Source of the DNA: Thiomonas sp.
GTDB taxonomy: Bacteria; Pseudomonadota; Gammaproteobacteria; Burkholderiales; Burkholderiaceae_C
Direction: 5' to 3'
Length of the DNA stretch: 64,000 nt
Assembly: GCF_034007205.1 (NCBI RefSeq)
Contig: NZ_JAVERI010000003.1
Location: 179,374 to 243,373, forward strand
In this document: one piece after another, positions 62,587-64,000 of the stretch
Layout: the number at the start of each line of letters is the position of its first letter
Position numbering within the stretch: the stretch's first letter is position 1
The notes under the pieces: generated by a model
The model's database searches: none
What the model was told of the DNA's origin: nothing
What the model saw: only the letters and a program-made list of their open reading frames with translations
Position numbers and translations under genes: made by a program

Positions 62587-63129
62587 CTAAGCCTCAAGGG
62601 GGAGCACCCCAGGCGCAAGGCCCTCGACGTACATCAAACGCTTTAATTCGCTGGCGCGTTCGGCTGGAACGGTCAACGTGAGCATTCCGGCTGCGACTGC
62701 CTCCCACCCACCGCCCAGTGAGTGCAGATGCCGCGCAAGCTGATGCTCATTATTGAAGCCGCCCGAGGTAAGAAAGCGGAAATGTGCATATGGACGGGGC
62801 ACGCATACCGAGGTCAGTCGGAGCGTGCCATCTTCACCCTTGTCGGCGTTGAACTCGTCGCCCCAGTACAGCCTGAGTCCGGAAAACGGTCCCAGCTGTC
62901 GTTCGGCAAGGCGATAACGATTTCCACCGAGCGGGACAACGCCAACCTCTTCCTGGTCCCATTCTTTGCAGCGCACGAGATCAAGTTGCCCGTCGTCATT
63001 CCAAAAGGGACCGCCGGAATCATCGTCAGCCGGAAACTCCAGTACGGCATCTGCTGCGCCTTCGACGAGAACGTAGAAGCCGCTGGGGACTGAATGGGGT
63101 TCAGTGGGCATGGCGTCCATTTGATTCAA
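62587..63129 (-). CDS. Hypothetical protein (DUF4265-like pattern)
   Basis: The likely ATG is at 63120. LGGNRYRLAE..GLRLYWGDEF..DGTLRLTSV..HFRFL..GGGWE..LTLTVP resembles DUF4265 as recalled. Confidence 0.6.
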   Translation of the reverse strand: MNQMDAMPTEPHSVPSGFYVLVEGAADAVLEFPADDDSGGPFWNDDGQLDLVRCKEWDQEEVGVVPLGGNRYRLAERQLGPFSGLRLYWGDEFNADKGEDGTLRLTSVCVPRPYAHFRFLTSGGFNNEHQLARHLHSLGGGWEAVAAGMLTLTVPAERASELKRLMYVEGLAPGVLPLEA

Positions 63130-63135
63130 TCTTTA

Positions 63136-63187
63136 TCACAAGACGCCGCGGCCGGTCTCGGAATTCAGAATCGCCGCAAGTTGGGCC
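63136..63187. repeat. 52-bp direct repeat, copy 2 (non-coding remnant)
   Basis: About 87% identical to 63712-63763. In the minus frame it reads ..SAQLAAILNSETGRGVL*. Confidence 0.8.
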
Positions 63188-63224
63188 GAGGCGCTGAAGA
63201 TCGGTGGTGACAATGGACATCACT

Positions 63225-63698
63225 TCACCTTTGGTTCGGGACAAAAACATGACTTTCACTGAGTGAACCTTTGACGCGCCAACCCACAGGCGTCTGAATA
63301 TCAAACTGCAATGAAGGCACCCGTGTTCCCGAGACAGGAGGAGCCTCAGCAGCGAACCAGCAGATTCGAACGCGGCATTTATTTTCTCCGTCGTCAATTT
63401 CTAGGACGCTATGGGCGATCCAGTTGCACTGCAGGGTTGGTCCCTGTCGCTGATCTAAAACAACAATATCTGCAGCCTTGCCTCCCAGGGAAAAAGTCAG
63501 CCCCATGGATTCACACCAACCAATGAAGCGTTCTACCTCGTCGGGTGAGCGGAGGTGAATGCAAGTCAGATCGTTATCAAAACAAATGGATTCATCTTGC
63601 AACCCTTCTTGAAAACGACGTGGTCCGCCATGGAATTTTCGCAAGAGCGCATCATTTCGGACAACAACCGACAACCCCTCGACAAGTACCGCCATCAT
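63225..63698 (-). CDS. Hypothetical protein, 157 aa
   Basis: AAGGGA lies upstream. It starts 13 nt after the upstream stop. No motif recognised. Confidence 0.6.
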   Translation of the reverse strand: MMAVLVEGLSVVVRNDALLRKFHGGPRRFQEGLQDESICFDNDLTCIHLRSPDEVERFIGWCESMGLTFSLGGKAADIVVLDQRQGPTLQCNWIAHSVLEIDDGENKCRVRICWFAAEAPPVSGTRVPSLQFDIQTPVGWRVKGSLSESHVFVPNQR

Positions 63699-63711
63699 TT
63701 TCCCTTTCGAG

Positions 63712-63763
63712 TCATAAAACGCCGCGACCGGTCTCGGACTTCAGAAGCGCCGCAAGCTGGGAG
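63712..63763. repeat. 52-bp direct repeat, copy 1 (3' end of the upstream CDS)
   Basis: Encodes ..GSQLAALLKSETGRGVL*. Confidence 0.8.
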
Positions 63764-64000
63764 CCCGACTTCAACTTCTCAATGAATGTGCAGCCTGCGT
63801 TGTTGGGCTGCCAGTAAGGGCAGGCGAGAAAGTACGCGTCCAGAAGCCCAGTCGCGTTCTGCTTTCGTCGCAACACCATGTTTTCTCCGTGAACCGGACA
63901 CGTCGCCAGTTCGACCCCACGATGGCCTGAATTCAAATCCGACTTGAGGTCATTGAGTCGGGTATCGATGATCTTTTCCGTGCCCTTGTCGGTGAGGATG
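63712..64000 (-). CDS. Protein with degenerate topoisomerase-type zinc-finger-like C-terminus (5' end outside window)
   Basis: The frame is open to the window edge. CPVHGENMVLRRK...ACPYWQPNNAGC. Confidence 0.55.
   Translation of the reverse strand, partial: ILTDKGTEKIIDTRLNDLKSDLNSGHRGVELATCPVHGENMVLRRKQNATGLLDAYFLACPYWQPNNAGCTFIEKLKSGSQLAALLKSETGRGVL

Noticed and set aside
62437-62830. A complete ssrA (tmRNA) gene extending upstream of the 3' fragment.
   Set aside because: No GGGG..GGATTCGAC 5' end, no tag reading frame (..ALAA) and no matching acceptor strand were found. The region is occupied by a coding-like 180-aa ORF.
63136-63763. The two 52-bp repeats as attC sites of a second, inverted cassette array.
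   Set aside because: There is no GTTRRRY core (GTTTTAT / GTCTTGT instead), no R''/L''-L'/R' symmetry, and only a short central palindrome (gaccggtc).

Overview
High-GC betaproteobacterial (Burkholderiales-like) chromosome segment. Species cannot be determined from the sequence alone. Bases 1-49,075 are ordinary, densely packed core genome. They carry livGF, rne/rluC, the yceD-rpmF-plsX-fabHDG-acpP-fabF cluster, rpoE-rseA-rseB-degP, lepA-lepB-rnc-era-recO-pdxJ-acpS-nagZ, prmA-accCB-aroQ, uup, thiMED and rlmH-rsfS-nadD-hemF. Many of these genes overlap by 1-4 nt at their start and stop codons. Core synteny ends right after hemF. The last 15 kb is a mosaic accessory region made of: (1) IS256-type and rve-type transposase fragments; (2) a lipoprotein/ZIP transporter pair; (3) an MBL-fold gene split by a complete IS1182-family element; (4) a degenerate integron with an intI stub of about 25 codons, an attI-type core and four lower-GC cassettes bounded by attC-like sites; (5) an internally deleted IS5-family element sitting where the fourth attC core should be; (6) an XRE/ImmA regulatory pair divergent from a two-gene operon of unknown function; (7) a tmRNA/tRNA-like 3' fragment followed by a terminator, probably an att scar; (8) a lower-GC set of small genes flanked by 52-bp direct repeats. 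The best candidates for an undescribed system are the bicistronic integron cassette (small ORF plus SDH/ClpP-fold serine protease), the XRE/ImmA-linked operon at 59978-62173, and the repeat-bounded module at 62.6-64 kb. All family assignments come from reading motifs and recalling families, with no searches run. No rRNA gene, intact tRNA gene or CRISPR array was seen.
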